Positions 38,841 to 51,210 of a DNA stretch of 64,000 bases are shown here, piece by piece. The position numbers and the translations under genes were made by a program. The notes under the pieces are model-generated. The model worked only from the letters and a program-made list of their open reading frames with translations, made no database searches and was not told where the DNA came from. How positions within the stretch are numbered: the first letter of the stretch is position 1; every line of letters starts with the position of its first letter. The DNA is taken from the NCBI GenBank assembly GCA_038087875.1, contig CM075997.1:62001-126000 (forward strand), read 5' to 3'. The stretch comes from Malacoraja senta (taxonomy: Eukaryota).

Positions 38841-39885
38841 AGACAGACAGACAGACAGACAGAGACAGAGACGGAGACATAGAGAGAGAGACATAGAGAG
38901 AGAGACATAGAGAGAGAGACATAGAGAGAGAGACAGAGAGAGAGACAGAGAGAGAGACAGAGAGAGAGACAGAGAGAGAGACAGAGAGAGAGACAGAGAG
39001 AGAGACAGAGAGAGAGACAGAGAGAGAGACAGAGAGAGAGACAGAGAGAGAGACAGAGAGAGAGACAGAGAGAGAGACAGAGAGAGAGACAGAGAGAGAG
39101 ACAGAGAGAGAGACAGAGAGAGAGACAGAGAGAGAGACAGAGAGAGAGACAGAGAGAGAGACAGAGAGAGAGACAGAGAGAGAGACAGAGAGAGAGACAG
39201 AGACAGAGACAGAGGCAGAGAGAGAGACAGAGAGAGAGACAGAGAGAGAGACAGAGAGGGAGACAGAGAGGGAGACAGAGAGGGAGAGAGAGGGAGACAG
39301 AGAGGGAGACAGAGAGGGAGACAGAGAGGGAGACAGAGAGGGAGACAGAGAGGGAGACAGAGAGGGAGACAGAGAGGGAGACAGAGAGGGAGACAGAGAG
39401 GGAGACAGAGAGGGAGACAGAGAGGGAGACAGAGAGGGAGACAGAGAGGGAGACAGAGAGGGAGACAGAGAGGGAGACAGAGAGGGAGACAGAGAGGGAG
39501 ACAGAGAGGGAGACAGAGAGGGAGACAGAGAGGGAGACAGAGAGGGAGACAGAGAGGGAGACAGAGAGGGAGACAGAGAGGGAGACAGAGAGGGAGACAG
39601 AGAGGGAGACAGAGAGGGAGACAGAGAGGGAGACAGAGAGGGAGACAGAGAGGGAGACAGAGAGGGAGACAGAGAGGGAGACAGAGAGAGAGACAGAGAG
39701 AGAGACAGAGAGACAGAGAAAGAGACAGAGAGAGAGACAGAGAGAGAGACAGAGACAGAGCCAGAGACAGAGACAGAGACAGACAGACAGATAGACAGAC
39801 AGAGAGCGATAGACAGACAGACGGAGACAGACAAATAGATAGACAGACAGATAGACAGATAGAAAGACAGACAGATAGATAGATA
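38841..39885. repeat. ~1-kb compound (GA)-rich microsatellite with 12-bp periodicity
   Basis: (AGAGAGAGACAG)n and (AGAGGGAGACAG)n, ~90 bp from the FBXO46 acceptor. Confidence 0.97.
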
Positions 39886-40407
39886 AAAAACAAAAATTAA
39901 AAAATAAAACAGAGCTCTGACATTAGCTTAGTTTTTAGTTTTAATATTTAGTTTGAATATAGTTTTCGTGTGGTTTTACTTTGCGTTCAGTGTTAGTTTA
40001 GTTCCATTAAATCTTCCCCCTCTGTCCTTACATCTATGCCCAATAGTTTTATTCTGCTCTATGTTTGCCCAAACTATTTGATAATTACCAAATCTATTCC
40101 ACACGTAATTTTATGCTGACAATGTAGCATAGTCAGACATTTCTAATTTTAGGCTTGGCTTGGCGAAGCTTGCTCCACAGCTTGGTTTGGGAACAGCTCT
40201 GCCCCAAGTCTGCAAGAAATTGCAGAGAGTTATGGATGTAGCCCAGTCCATCACACAGACCACACTCCCCACCTTCGACTCCATCTACACTTCACGCAGT
40301 CTTGGAAAAGCAGCCGACATCATTAAAGACTTGTCCCTGTCCCTGTCCCGTCCCCCCCCCCCCGTCATTCCTTCTTCTCCCTGCTCCCGTCCGGCAGAAG
40401 GTACAGA

Positions 40408-42695
40408 ATTCAATTCAATTCAACCTTTATTGTCATCTTGCAAGCAACAGTTGTCCAGTGCAAAACGAAAAGACGTTTCCCAGGGAATACCGGAGCATCG
40501 CACATGAAGTTTAAAACATTTCACACATAATAACACTAAAACAATCCAGTCCCTGATGGAACAGTATAAAGTTAAAATAGATAAAAACGTTAAAATACAG
40601 TAAGACCAATCATAAACATGTCCGGGGTGGCTGATTTGAATGGCCAGTGCCAGTTATTGAAGTGTCCGTGCCAAGCCGCAGAATCAGGTGACTGTGAGTA
40701 CAGAGTGGCTGTTTAGCAGCCTCACAGCATATGGCAGGAAGCTGTTTAGCAGTCTTGTAGTCCGGGCTTTGATGCTGCGATATCTTTTGCCTGATGGCAG
40801 GAGATCCAGGTGTATGTGGAGGGGGTGCAGTTTGTCCTTAGCAATTCTCTGAGCTTTTTTCCGACAGTGGCTCAGGGACAGTTCTTGTACCGAGGGTAGG
40901 GAGACGCCAATGATCTTCTCTGCTCCCCTCACTACCCTCTGCAGAGCCTTCCTGTCCGAGCAGTTGCAGGTGGAGTACCACGTATTTATGCAGTACGTGA
41001 GTACAGACTCCACCGTACCCCTGTAGAAAGTCCTGAGGATGTTGGTGGGGAGTGAGGCCCGTTTTAGTTTCCTCAGGAAGTGCAGTCGCTGATGGGCCCT
41101 TTTGACGGTCCCAGTGGTGTTTCTGGACCAGGTGAGGCTGTCTGTAATTTGCACCCCGAGGAACTTTATGCTCTCCACTCTCTCCACTGTGGTGCCACTG
41201 ATGTTAAGGGGTGCATGCTTTGGCTGCGCCCTCCTGAAGTCGACAACCATCTCCTTTGTTTTGTCGACATTTAATTCTAGATTATGTTTGCCGCACCAGT
41301 CCACTAGTTGTTTTACTTCCTCCCTGTACATTGATTCATCATCTCCGCTGATGAGTCCCACCACTGTTGTGTCATCCGCGTATTTTATGATCTTATTGTC
41401 CCTGAATCTGGCAGCACAGTCATGTGTGAGCAATGTGAACAACAGCGGGCTGAGCACATAGCCTTGAGGGGAGCCGGTGCTCAGCGTGATCGAGCCTGAA
41501 GTGTTCTTGCCCACACGGACTGACTGCGGTCTCTCTGTCAGAAAGTCCAAGATCCAGTGACACAGGGTGGTGTTGAGGCCCAGCAGGGTTAGTTTCTCCA
41601 CAAGTCTCTGTGGGATGATGGTGTTGAACGCTGAGCTGAAGTCAATGTACAGGATTCTGGTGTATGTGTTTCTTTTTTCCAGATGCGTGAGCACTGTGTG
41701 CAGCGTGGTAGAGATGGCATCCTCTGTAGAACGGTTGGGGCGATAGGCAAACTGGAGGGGGTCTAACGATGAGGGGAGGCTGGCAGTAATGTGGGGTTTC
41801 ACCAGGCGTTCAAAACACTTCATTATTATTGGGGTCAGGGCGACAGGGCGGTAGTCATTTAGGCAGGCAACAACTGGTTTCTTCGCTATGGGGATTATTG
41901 TACTTGTTTTGAGGCATGTGGGGACAATGGCTTGACTGAGGGAGATGTTATAGATGTCCGTTAGCACATATGCTAACTCCTCAGCACATTCCTTAAGCAC
42001 ACGTCCTGGGATGTTATCGGGTCCGACTGCTTTCCACGGGTTGACCTTAGACAGGATTCTCCGTGTGTCCACAGGGTCTATGGTCAGGACTGGCTGGTCG
42101 GTTTGTAAGCAGGGACTGGCTCTCCCCTTGGGTGTGGTGTTTGCTGCATCAAAACGAGCGAAGAAGTTGTTCAGTTCATCTGGGAGAGAAGAATCCGTGT
42201 CAGTTACCTGCTGCCTTGCCTTGTACCCTGTCAGTGTTTGGATTCCCTTCCACATCCTCCTGGTGTCTCCTGTGTCACAGAGGTGTCCCTGGATTTTCCC
42301 GCGTAGGCACGTTTCGCTGCCCTGATTCCTTTTTCCAGTGCAGTCCTGCTAGATCGAAGAGCGGATGTGTTACCGGCTCTGTAGGCTGCATCACGAGCCC
42401 TCAGCAGCGAGCGCACCTCTGCTGTCATCCATGGCTTTTTGTTTCCACGTGCAGTGAAGGTTTTCATGATGGTGACATCCTCGGTGCACTTGGCAATGTA
42501 GCTGGTTACAGTCTCTGCGTACTCCTCGATGTTGATGAGGTCATCATAGGATGCCGTTGTCCTGAACACATCCCAGTCAGTGTGCAGGAAGCAATCCTGC
42601 AGTGCTGAGGCTGCTCCCTCTGGCCAGACCCTGGTGTGTTTTCTCTCCGCTCTAGCTTGTTTCTGCCGAGGTCTGTAGGCTGGTGTTAAAAACAC
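40408..42695 (-). mobile_element. 5'-truncated Rex1/Babar-like LINE with an open RT domain (ORF 40684-42255)
   Basis: RT motifs [50 protein letters not shown] and [11 protein letters not shown]; one frameshift near 42295. 3' tail AATAAA-(TTGAA)n. Flanked by CAGA on both sides (40404-40407, 42696-42699) and splits an older LINE 3' fragment. Confidence 0.9.
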
Positions 42696-43788
42696 CAGAC
42701 GCTTGAAAGCTTGCACCACCAGACCAGGAACAGCTTCTTCCCCTCTGTTATCAGGCTTCTGAACGGTCATTCCATAAGCTAGGGTACTGTCCGATTCACC
42801 TCTACCCCATTGTGGACATTGGACTTTGTCTCTGGAACTGATGCGCTACAATGCTGAGAACTATATCCTACATTCTGTATCTTCCCCTTTGCTCTACCTG
42901 TTGTACTGGAGTTTGACATGATTGTATTTATGTACAGTATGTCTGATCTGTTTGGATAACATGCAGAACAAAGCCTTTCCCTGTACCTCGGTACACGTGA
43001 CAATAATAAGCCTAAACCTACATTTGCCGTATGAAGGTTTTCTTTATCTTTTCAGTTTAGGTCGTGTGTTGGTGGCAGTAGAATCAGTGACACATGGATA
43101 CAACATGGATGAAGCACCATCCGATGTGGCCGCAGGCAATACAGCAATGAGACGAGGGATAGACATGTTCTCCCCGTGACCACGTGGGTTTCCTCCAGGA
43201 GATCCGGTTTCCTCCCACACCCCAAAGACGTACGGGTCTGTTCATAACTTCTAGGAGCAGAACAAGACAATTCGGCACGTCAAGTCTACTCCGCCATTCA
43301 TTCATGGCTGATCTATCTCTCCCTCCTAACCCCATTCTCCTGCCTTCTCCCCATAACCCCTGACACCAGCACTAATCAAGAATCTATCTATCTCTGCCTT
43401 AAATATATCCACTGACTTGGCCTCCACAGCCGTCTGTGGCAATGAATTCCACAGATTCACCATCCTCTGACTAAATAAATTCCTCCTCATCTCCTTCCTA
43501 AAGGTAGATTTGTAGGTTAATTGGTCACTGTAAATTGCCCCTGGTGTGTAGGGAGTGGATGAAAAATTGGGATAAACTGTGTAGGAAGGAACTGCAGATG
43601 CCGGTTTACACCAAAGATAGACACAGAATGCTGGAGCAACTCAGCGGGTCAGGCAGCATCTCTGGAGAAAAGGAATAGGTGGCAGCTTGTTTTCCGTCTG
43701 AAGAAGGGTCTCAACCTAAATTGTCACCCATTCCTTTTCTCCAGAGATGCTGCCTGACCCGCAGAGTTTCTCCAGCATTTTGTGTCCA

Positions 43789-44302
43789 TAGACAATAGAC
43801 AATAGGTGCAGGAGTAGGCCATTCGGCCCTACGAGCCAGCACTACCATTCAATGTGATCATGGCTGATCATCCCCAATCAGTACCCCGTTCCTGCCTTCT
43901 CCACATATCGCCTGACTCCGTTATTTTTAAGATCCCTATCTAGCTCTCTCATGAAAGCATCCAGAGAACCGGCCTCCACCGCTCTCTGAGGCAGAGAATT
44001 CCACAGACTCACCACTCTCTGTGAGAAAAAGTGTTTCCTCGTCTCCGTTCTAAATGGCTTACTCCTTATTCTTAAACTGTGGCCCCTGGTTCTGGACTCC
44101 CCCAACATCGGGAACATGTTTCCTGCCTCTAGCGTGTCCAAACCCTTAACAATCTTATATGTTTCAATGAGATACCCTCTCATCCTTCTAAACTCCAGAG
44201 TGTACAAGCCCAGCTGCTCCATTCTCTCAGCATATGACAGTCCCGCCATCCCGGGAATTAACCTTGTAAACCTATGCTGCACTCCCTCAATAGCAAGAAT
44301 CT
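43789..44302 (-). mobile_element. CR1-type LINE 3' end
   Basis: IEGVQHRFTRLIPGMAGLSYAERM…LEFRRMRG…RTRGHSLRI…FFSQRVVSLWNSLP plus a CR1 3' tail. Similar ends at ~433-885, 15.4-15.65, 22.2-22.6, 32.1-32.5, 33.5-33.9 and 58.4-58.8 kb. Confidence 0.85.
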
Positions 44303-46602
44303 TTGGGATAACATAGAACTGGTGTGAACGGGTGATTACTGGTTCAAGTGGGTGGACGCGATGGGCCGAAGGACCTGTTTCCACCCATTGACTTGGTCGC
44401 TGCTGTGGGAGATTGCAACCTTCACCTGGTCCGCCCTGTTCCGACGAATGCAACCAACCTGGCGTGCACAATCAAATAAGATCAAATAGAACAAGTTGTC
44501 CTACAACTTTAGGCTGTGCACGCCGTACGCAAGAAGCAGAAGACTTAGTCTCCGCAGCCGTGTGTGGCAAAGAATTCCACAGGTTCGCCACCCTCTTGAG
44601 TAAAGATATTTCTGCTCATCTCCCACCTAGAAGAACGTCCTTTAATTTGGAGGCTAGGGCCTGGGGCACCCTGGTGTTGCTGGTATAGATACTCGTGGAC
44701 CACAGATCTACAGGGCAGGCTGGACCTGGTTATGTGCAGTAGGTTAGTGGGCAATTGGATACGCTGGTAGCATTACAACGGTTAAAGAAGCTTGCATGTA
44801 GCCGGCATTGCAGGGGATGACAGATGCATTTGGCATTCTAGTCAGCACAGCTACTGAATTATAAAACAACCTCGTATCAATGCCACCGCTCCAGCCAGTA
44901 AATAAATATGACCTGCAAAGCCGGCACATTCACAGCATGCACAGTATCCCAGAGTAGGGGAATCGAGAACCAGAGGACATAGGTTTAAGGTGAGGGGGGG
45001 GGGAAAGATTTAATAAGAATCTGAAGGGTAACTTTTTCACACAAAGGGTGGTGGGTGAATGGAACGAGCTGCCAGAGGAGGTAGTTGAGGCTGAGACTAT
45101 CCCAACGTTTAAGAAACATTGGGACAGGTACATGTATAGGACAGGTTTGGAGGGATACAGGCCAAACGCAGGCAGGCGGGACTTGTGTAGATGGGGCATG
45201 TTGGTCAGCATGGGCAAGTTGGGCTGAAGGGCCTGTTTCACACTGTATCACTCTATTTGCCAGTGTGGTGCTTTTGATTCCAAACACGTTTCTATGTTGC
45301 TCATGCTGTTCGATGTTCACAAGGCCTTAAGTCATAGTAGGCCATTCGGCCCATCAAGGCTGCTCTGTCATTCAATCATGGCTGATCTATCTTTCCCTCT
45401 CAACCCCATTCTCCTGCCTTCTCCCCATAACCCCTGACACCCGTACCAATCGAGTATCTGTCAATCTCCGCCTAAAGAATACCCATTGACTTGGCCTCCA
45501 CAGCCGTCTGTGGCAATGAATTCCACAGGTTCACCACCTACTGGCTAAAGAAATTCTTCCTCACCTCCTTTTCAAAGTTTCATCATTTTTTCCTGAGGCT
45601 ATGCAATCTGGTTCAAGACTCTCCCACTAATTTTTAGTTTTGTTTTAGAGATACAGCGCGGAAACAGGCCCTTTGGCCCACCGAGTCCGTGCCGACCAGC
45701 GATCCCCGCACACTAACACTACCCTACACACACTAGGGACAATTTACACATACACCAAGCCAATTAAACTACAAACCTGTACGTCTTTGGAGTGTGGGAG
45801 GAAACAGAAGATCTCGGAGAAGACACACGCAGGTCACGGGGAGAACGTACAAACTCCGTACAGACAGCACCCGTAGTCGGGATCGAACCCGGGTCTCTGG
45901 CGCTGTGAAGCTGCAACTCTACCGCTGCGCCACCGTGCCACCTAGTGCAAACATCCTCTCCACATCCACTCTATCCATGTCTTCCTGACTCTTATACTCA
46001 ATGCCCCTAACGCCACTGTTATAGGTTTCAGTTCTCACAATGGTCTATGGAAGATTGATGGACTGGACTGAAAGTTTGATGGACTGACTGGGAAGTTTGA
46101 TGGACTGACTGGGAAGTTTGATGGACTTCCCACAGAGTTGGAACGGTGCCACAACTGCTGCCTCACAGCGCCACAGACCTGGGTTCGATCCTGAGCGCGG
46201 GTGCTGTCAGTGTGTCTGGGGTTTGTACGTTCTCCTCGTGAACTGCGTGGGTTTTCTCCAGGTGCTCCTGTTTCCTCCAACACTCCAAAGACGTGCGGGT
46301 TTGTAGGTTAATTGGCCCTCTGTAAATTGCCCCAAGTGTGCAGAGAGCAGATGAGAAAGTGGGGTAACAGAGAACTAACGTGATCGGGTGATCGATGGTC
46401 GGCGTGGACTCGGTGGACTGAAGGTCCTGTTTCCACGTTGTGTTTCTAAACTTAACTGAACCACTCTGCAGACAGAGTGCTGGAGTAACTCTGCGGGCCA
46501 GGCAGCATCACGGCAGAACATGCATAGATGACGTTTCACGTCAAGACCCTTCTCTTAAAAAACATGGCTAGGTGATGTTTCTCTGAAGAAGGGTCTCGAC
46601 CT

Positions 46603-46925
46603 GAAACGTCACCTATCCATGTTCTCCACAGATGCTGCCTGACCCGCTGAGTTACTCCAGCACTCTGTGAAACGTCACCTATCCATGTTCCCCAGAGATG
46701 CTGCCTGACCCGCTGAGTTACTCCAGCACTCTGTGAAACGTCACCTATCCATGTTCTCCACAGATGCTGCCTGACCCGCTGAGTTACTCCAGCACTCTGT
46801 GAAACGTCACCTATCCATGTTCTCCACAGATGCTGCCTGACCCGCTGAGTTACTCCAGCACTCTGTGAAACGTCACCTATCCATGTTCTCCACAGATGCT
46901 GCCTGACCCGCTGAGTTACTCCAGC
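46603..46925 (+). repeat. Tandem array, ~5 x 66-bp PLE-derived unit
   Basis: Unit GAAACGTCACCTATCCATGTTCTCCACAGATGCTGCCTGACCCGCTGAGTTACTCCAGCACTCTGT. Confidence 0.95.
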
Positions 46926-47431
46926 TTTTTGTGTTATTATCTTCGGTTTAAACCAGCATATGCAGTTCCTTCTTACACAATTTCTTCCCAGCTGGTATCA
47001 GGCAACTGAACCATCCTACCACAACCAGAGAGCAATGCTGAACTACTATCTACCTCATTGGTGACCCTCGGACTATCCTTGATCAGACTTTACTGGCTTT
47101 CCCTTGCACTAAACGTTATTCCCTTATCCTGTATCTGTACAGTGTAAACGGCTCGATTGTAATCATGTATTGTCATTCTGCTGACTGGTTAGCACGCAAC
47201 AAAAGCTTTTCACTGTACCTCGGTACATGTGACAATAAACTAAACTGAACTGAAGTGCAACTGAAGTGAACTGTATGTAGATCCCTGATTGGACTGTACA
47301 ACACCCCTGATTTAAACCCTGTGTTTATCTAAATCATGGGACGGATTCAGATTCAAGATTGAAGATTAGCATCTTCTCAGCAACCATCAGACTCTGGATC
47401 AGCGCACAACACTAACTTCTACCTCAGCACG

Positions 47432-48116
47432 GGACGGAGGTGGAACATGTTTCCAGCTTCAGGTTTCTGGGGGTCAACATCTCTGATGACCTCTCTTGGA
47501 CCCACAATACATCAACACTGGTCAAGAAGGTTCACCAGCGTCTCTTCTTCCTGAGGAGACTAAAGAAGGTCCATCTGTCTCCTCAGATTCTGGTGAACTT
47601 CTACCGCTGCACCATCGAGAGCATCCTTACCAACTGTATCACAGTATGGTATGGCAACTGCTCTGTCTCCGACCGGAAAGCACTGCAGAGGGTGGTGAAA
47701 ATTGCCCAACGCATCACCGGTTCCACACTCCCCTCCATTGAGTCTGTCCAAAGCAAGCGTTGTCTGCGAAGGGTGCTCAGCATCGCCAAGGACAGCTCTC
47801 ACCCCAACCACAGACTGTTTACCCTCCTCCCATCCGGGAGGCGCTACAGGCCTCTCCGTTGCCGAACCAGCAGGTTCAGGAACAGCTTCTTCCCTGCGGC
47901 TGTTACACTACTGAACTCTGCACCTCGGTGATTGCCAGTCAACCCCCCCCCCCCCCCCGGACACTCCTTCCCCCAGAAAAATTGCACTACTGATACTGCT
48001 GTACATATATATATTTTACTGCTCATTATTCCTAAGTTCGCTCTTCTGGATGAGATGCTAACTGCATTTCGTTGTCTCTGTACTGTACACATACAATGAC
48101 AATTAAAGATTGAATT
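47432..48116 (+). mobile_element. Rex1/Babar-like LINE 3' fragment
   Basis: ORF 47440-47931 FRFLGVNISDDLSW…HQRLFFLRRL…LPSGRRYR…RNSFFP, followed by a 3' tail. Confidence 0.8.
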
Positions 48117-48789
48117 TTATGGACTGTGTCTTTGTTTGGCCTATTATGGGTGCTTAGTAGTACAGTTATTAATATTGTATTATTGATTATTGTATCTACG
48201 TGTTATTGCATTAACACACCTGTTAAGCTGCAGCGAGTAAGAATCTAATTGTTCCGTTGCAAGGACTTATACCAATTAAACACTATTAGGGTTAGGGCGG
48301 CAGTGGGTAGAGCTGCTGCCTCACGGAGCCAGAGTACCGGGTTCGATCCCTACTGCGGGTGCTGTCTGTACGGAGTTTGCACGTTCTCCCCGTGACCTGC
48401 GTGGGTTTTCTCCGAGATCATCAGTTTCCTCCCACACTCCAAAGACATACAGGATTGTATAATTGGCTTGGTATGAAATTCAAATTGTCCCTAGTGTGTG
48501 TGTGTAGGATAGTGTTAGTGTGCGGGGATCGCTGGTGGGTGCGGACTCGGTGGCCGAAGGGCCTGTTTCCGCGCTGTATCTCTAAACTAAACTATTGTAC
48601 TCAGCGGGTCAAGCAGCATCTGTAGAATAGAAGGGACCCAATCCGAAATATCATGGCCTGCTGAGTTCCTCCAGCAGTTTGCTTAACGCTGCAAATTAAA
48701 TTCCCTCCCACCCCCCGATCTTTAATTCTCCACCTTTCCATCTCCCACACCACAAAGTATAATTTAGGGGAATATTACAACTCAGCTCT

Positions 48790-49272
48790 GTACCAACTTC
48801 TCCAGACGCACCACAGAAAGCATTTTATCGGGAGCTATCACAGCACGGTTTGGGAACAGCTCCATCCAAGACCACAAGAAATTGCAGCGAATTGTGGACG
48901 CAGCCCAGACCATCACACAAACCAACCTCCCTTCCACTGACTCCATCTATACCTCACGCTGCCTCGGCAAGGCCAGCAGCATAATCAAGGACCAGTCTCA
49001 CCCCGGCCACTCCCTCTTCTCCCCTCTCCCATCGGGCAAGAGGTACAGAAGTGTGAACACGCACACCTCCAGATTCAGGGACAGTTTCTTCCCAGCTGTT
49101 ATCAGGCAACTGAACCATCTATCAACAACTAGAGAGCAGTCCTGATATCCTGTCTATCTTATTGGAGACCCTCGGACTATCTTTAATGGACTTTACCTTG
49201 CACTAAACATTATTCCCTTTATCCTGTATCTGTACACTGTGGACGGCTCAATTGTAATCATGTATTGTCTTT
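48790..49272 (+). mobile_element. LINE 3' fragment (Rex/L2-like)
   Basis: LQRIVDAAQTIT…[17 protein letters not shown]…RDSFFPAVIRQLN plus a 3' UTR recurring at ~25.4-25.6, 47.0-47.2 and 55.2-55.3 kb. Confidence 0.7.
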
Positions 49273-49809
49273 CCACTCCTGTCCTCAGGAAGAAGGTACA
49301 GGGGCCTGAAAACTAACATCCAGGTTCAGGAACTGCTTCTTCCCGACAACCATGGGGCTATGAAACACTACAACCCCCAAATAAGCTCTGAGATACATTG
49401 ATGCATGGAAACTGTTTTTGTCTTTGCAATATTATTGTTTGCTTTTAAAAAATATATATAAATTGAACTTTTTTTGCTGTTTAGTTATGTTGGTTACAGA
49501 GTGCGGTTTTCTGGCAACCGCCACCTCCTTTAAACCGGACAAAATCACTAGTGCGCACTTGAAATCCCCACCTCCCCTTCCCCGGAGGTCCGCCTGAAAA
49601 TATGTCCCCTAGGCCGGGTGAGGTGACCGATCTCGACCTCATCGGGACTTCCGCGGCCGATCGGCGGGTCGCATCTACCCCGTGGGTCCGGGGCTCTGGA
49701 ACTCCGGGCCGGCCGGAGCGGGCAGATCCGTTCCCATACCCGACTGCCACGGCCAACTTTGCGGGCCAGTACCAGGGCCCCCTCGAAAGTTAATGTACCG
49801 TTAGACTAG

Positions 49810-51210
49810 GCTGCTCTGGAAGGTTAGATCGCATGGGATCCAAGGAGAGATAGCCGAATGGATTGGAAATTGGCTCCATGGAAGGAAGCAGAGGGTGATG
49901 GTGGAAGGTTGCTTCTCAGACTGGAGACCTGTGACTAGTGGTGTGCCTCAGGGTTCGGTGCTGGGCCCATTACTGTGTGTCATCTACATCAATGATTTGG
50001 ACGAGAACATGCAGGACAAGATTAGCAAGTCTGCTGATGATACAAAAGTTAGTGGTTTTGCAGATAGTGAAGATGGTTGTGAACGATTGCAGCAGGATCT
50101 GGATCGATTGGTGGGCGGAGGAATGGTTGATGGAATTTAATACGGAGAAGTGTGAGGTGTTGCATATTGGGACGTCGAACAAGGGCAGGACCGACACAGT
50201 AAACGGTAGGCCTCTGGGTAGTGTTGTAGAGCAGAGGGATCTAGGAGTGCTGGTGCATGGTTCCTTGAAGGTCGAGTCACAGGTAGATAAGGTGGTCAAA
50301 AATGCTTTTGGCACTTTGGCTTTCATTAGTCAGAGTATTAAGAATACAAGTTGGGAGATCATGTTGCAGTTGTATAAGACGTTGGTGAGACGACATTTAG
50401 AATATTAGACAATGGACAATAGACAATAGGTGCAGGAGTAGGCCATTTGGCCTTTGACAGCACCACCCTATTCAATGTGATCATGGCTGATCATCCCCAA
50501 TCAGTACCCCGTTCGTTCCTGCCTTCTCCCCATATCCCCCCGACTCTGCTATTTTTAAGAGCCCTATCTAGCTCTCTCTTGAAAGTATCCAGAGAACCTG
50601 CCTCCACCGCCCTCTGAGGCAGAGAATTCCACACTCACAACTCTCTGTGTGAAAAAGTGTTTCCTCATCTCCGTTCTAAATGGCTTGCCCCTTATTCTTA
50701 AACTGTGCCCCTGGTTCTGGACTCCCCCATCATTGCGAACATGTTTCCTGCCTCTAGCGTGACCAAACCCTTAATAATCTTATATGTTTCAATAAGATCC
50801 AATATCCAAATTCAAAACAAAATAATATTGTGTTCAGTTCTGGGCACCATGTTATAGGAAAGATATTGTCAAGCTTGAAGGGGTTCAGAAAAGATTTACA
50901 AGGATGTTGCCAAGACTAGAGGGTGTGAGCTATAGGAAGAGGTTGAGTAGGCTGGGTCTCTATTCCATGGAGCGCAGGAGGATGAGGGGTGATCTTATAG
51001 AGGCGTATAATATCATGAGAGGAATAGATCGGGTAGATGCACAGAGACTATCCCATCGTTTAAGAAACAGTTAGACAGGTACATGGATAGGACAGGTTTG
51101 GAGGGATATGGACCAAGCGCAGGCAGGTGGGACTAGTGTAGATGGGACATTGTTGGCCGGTGTGGGCGAGTTGGGCCGAAGGGCCTGTTTCCACACTGGA
51201 TCACACTATG
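49810..51210 (+). mobile_element. Degenerate CR1-type LINE RT fragment with a nested antisense CR1 3' end (~50408-50800)
   Basis: VTSGVPQGSVLGPLL…YINDLD…ADDTK and FNTEKCEVLH…RDLGV motifs, with frameshifts. Confidence 0.85.

Noticed and set aside
38766..39893. Long ORFs of 375 and 336 aa (LCLP/SLSP repeats)
   Set aside because: Translations of a GA microsatellite. The same applies to the CV/HT-rich ORFs at 5.9-6.3, 13.4-14.2, 19.1-20.0, 20.9-21.9, 35.1-36.0 and 57.3-58.0 kb.
49500..49795. CpG-rich patch as a possible alternative promoter
   Set aside because: Short, wedged between LINE fragments and without a convincing motif cluster; more likely a transposon fragment, though unresolved.
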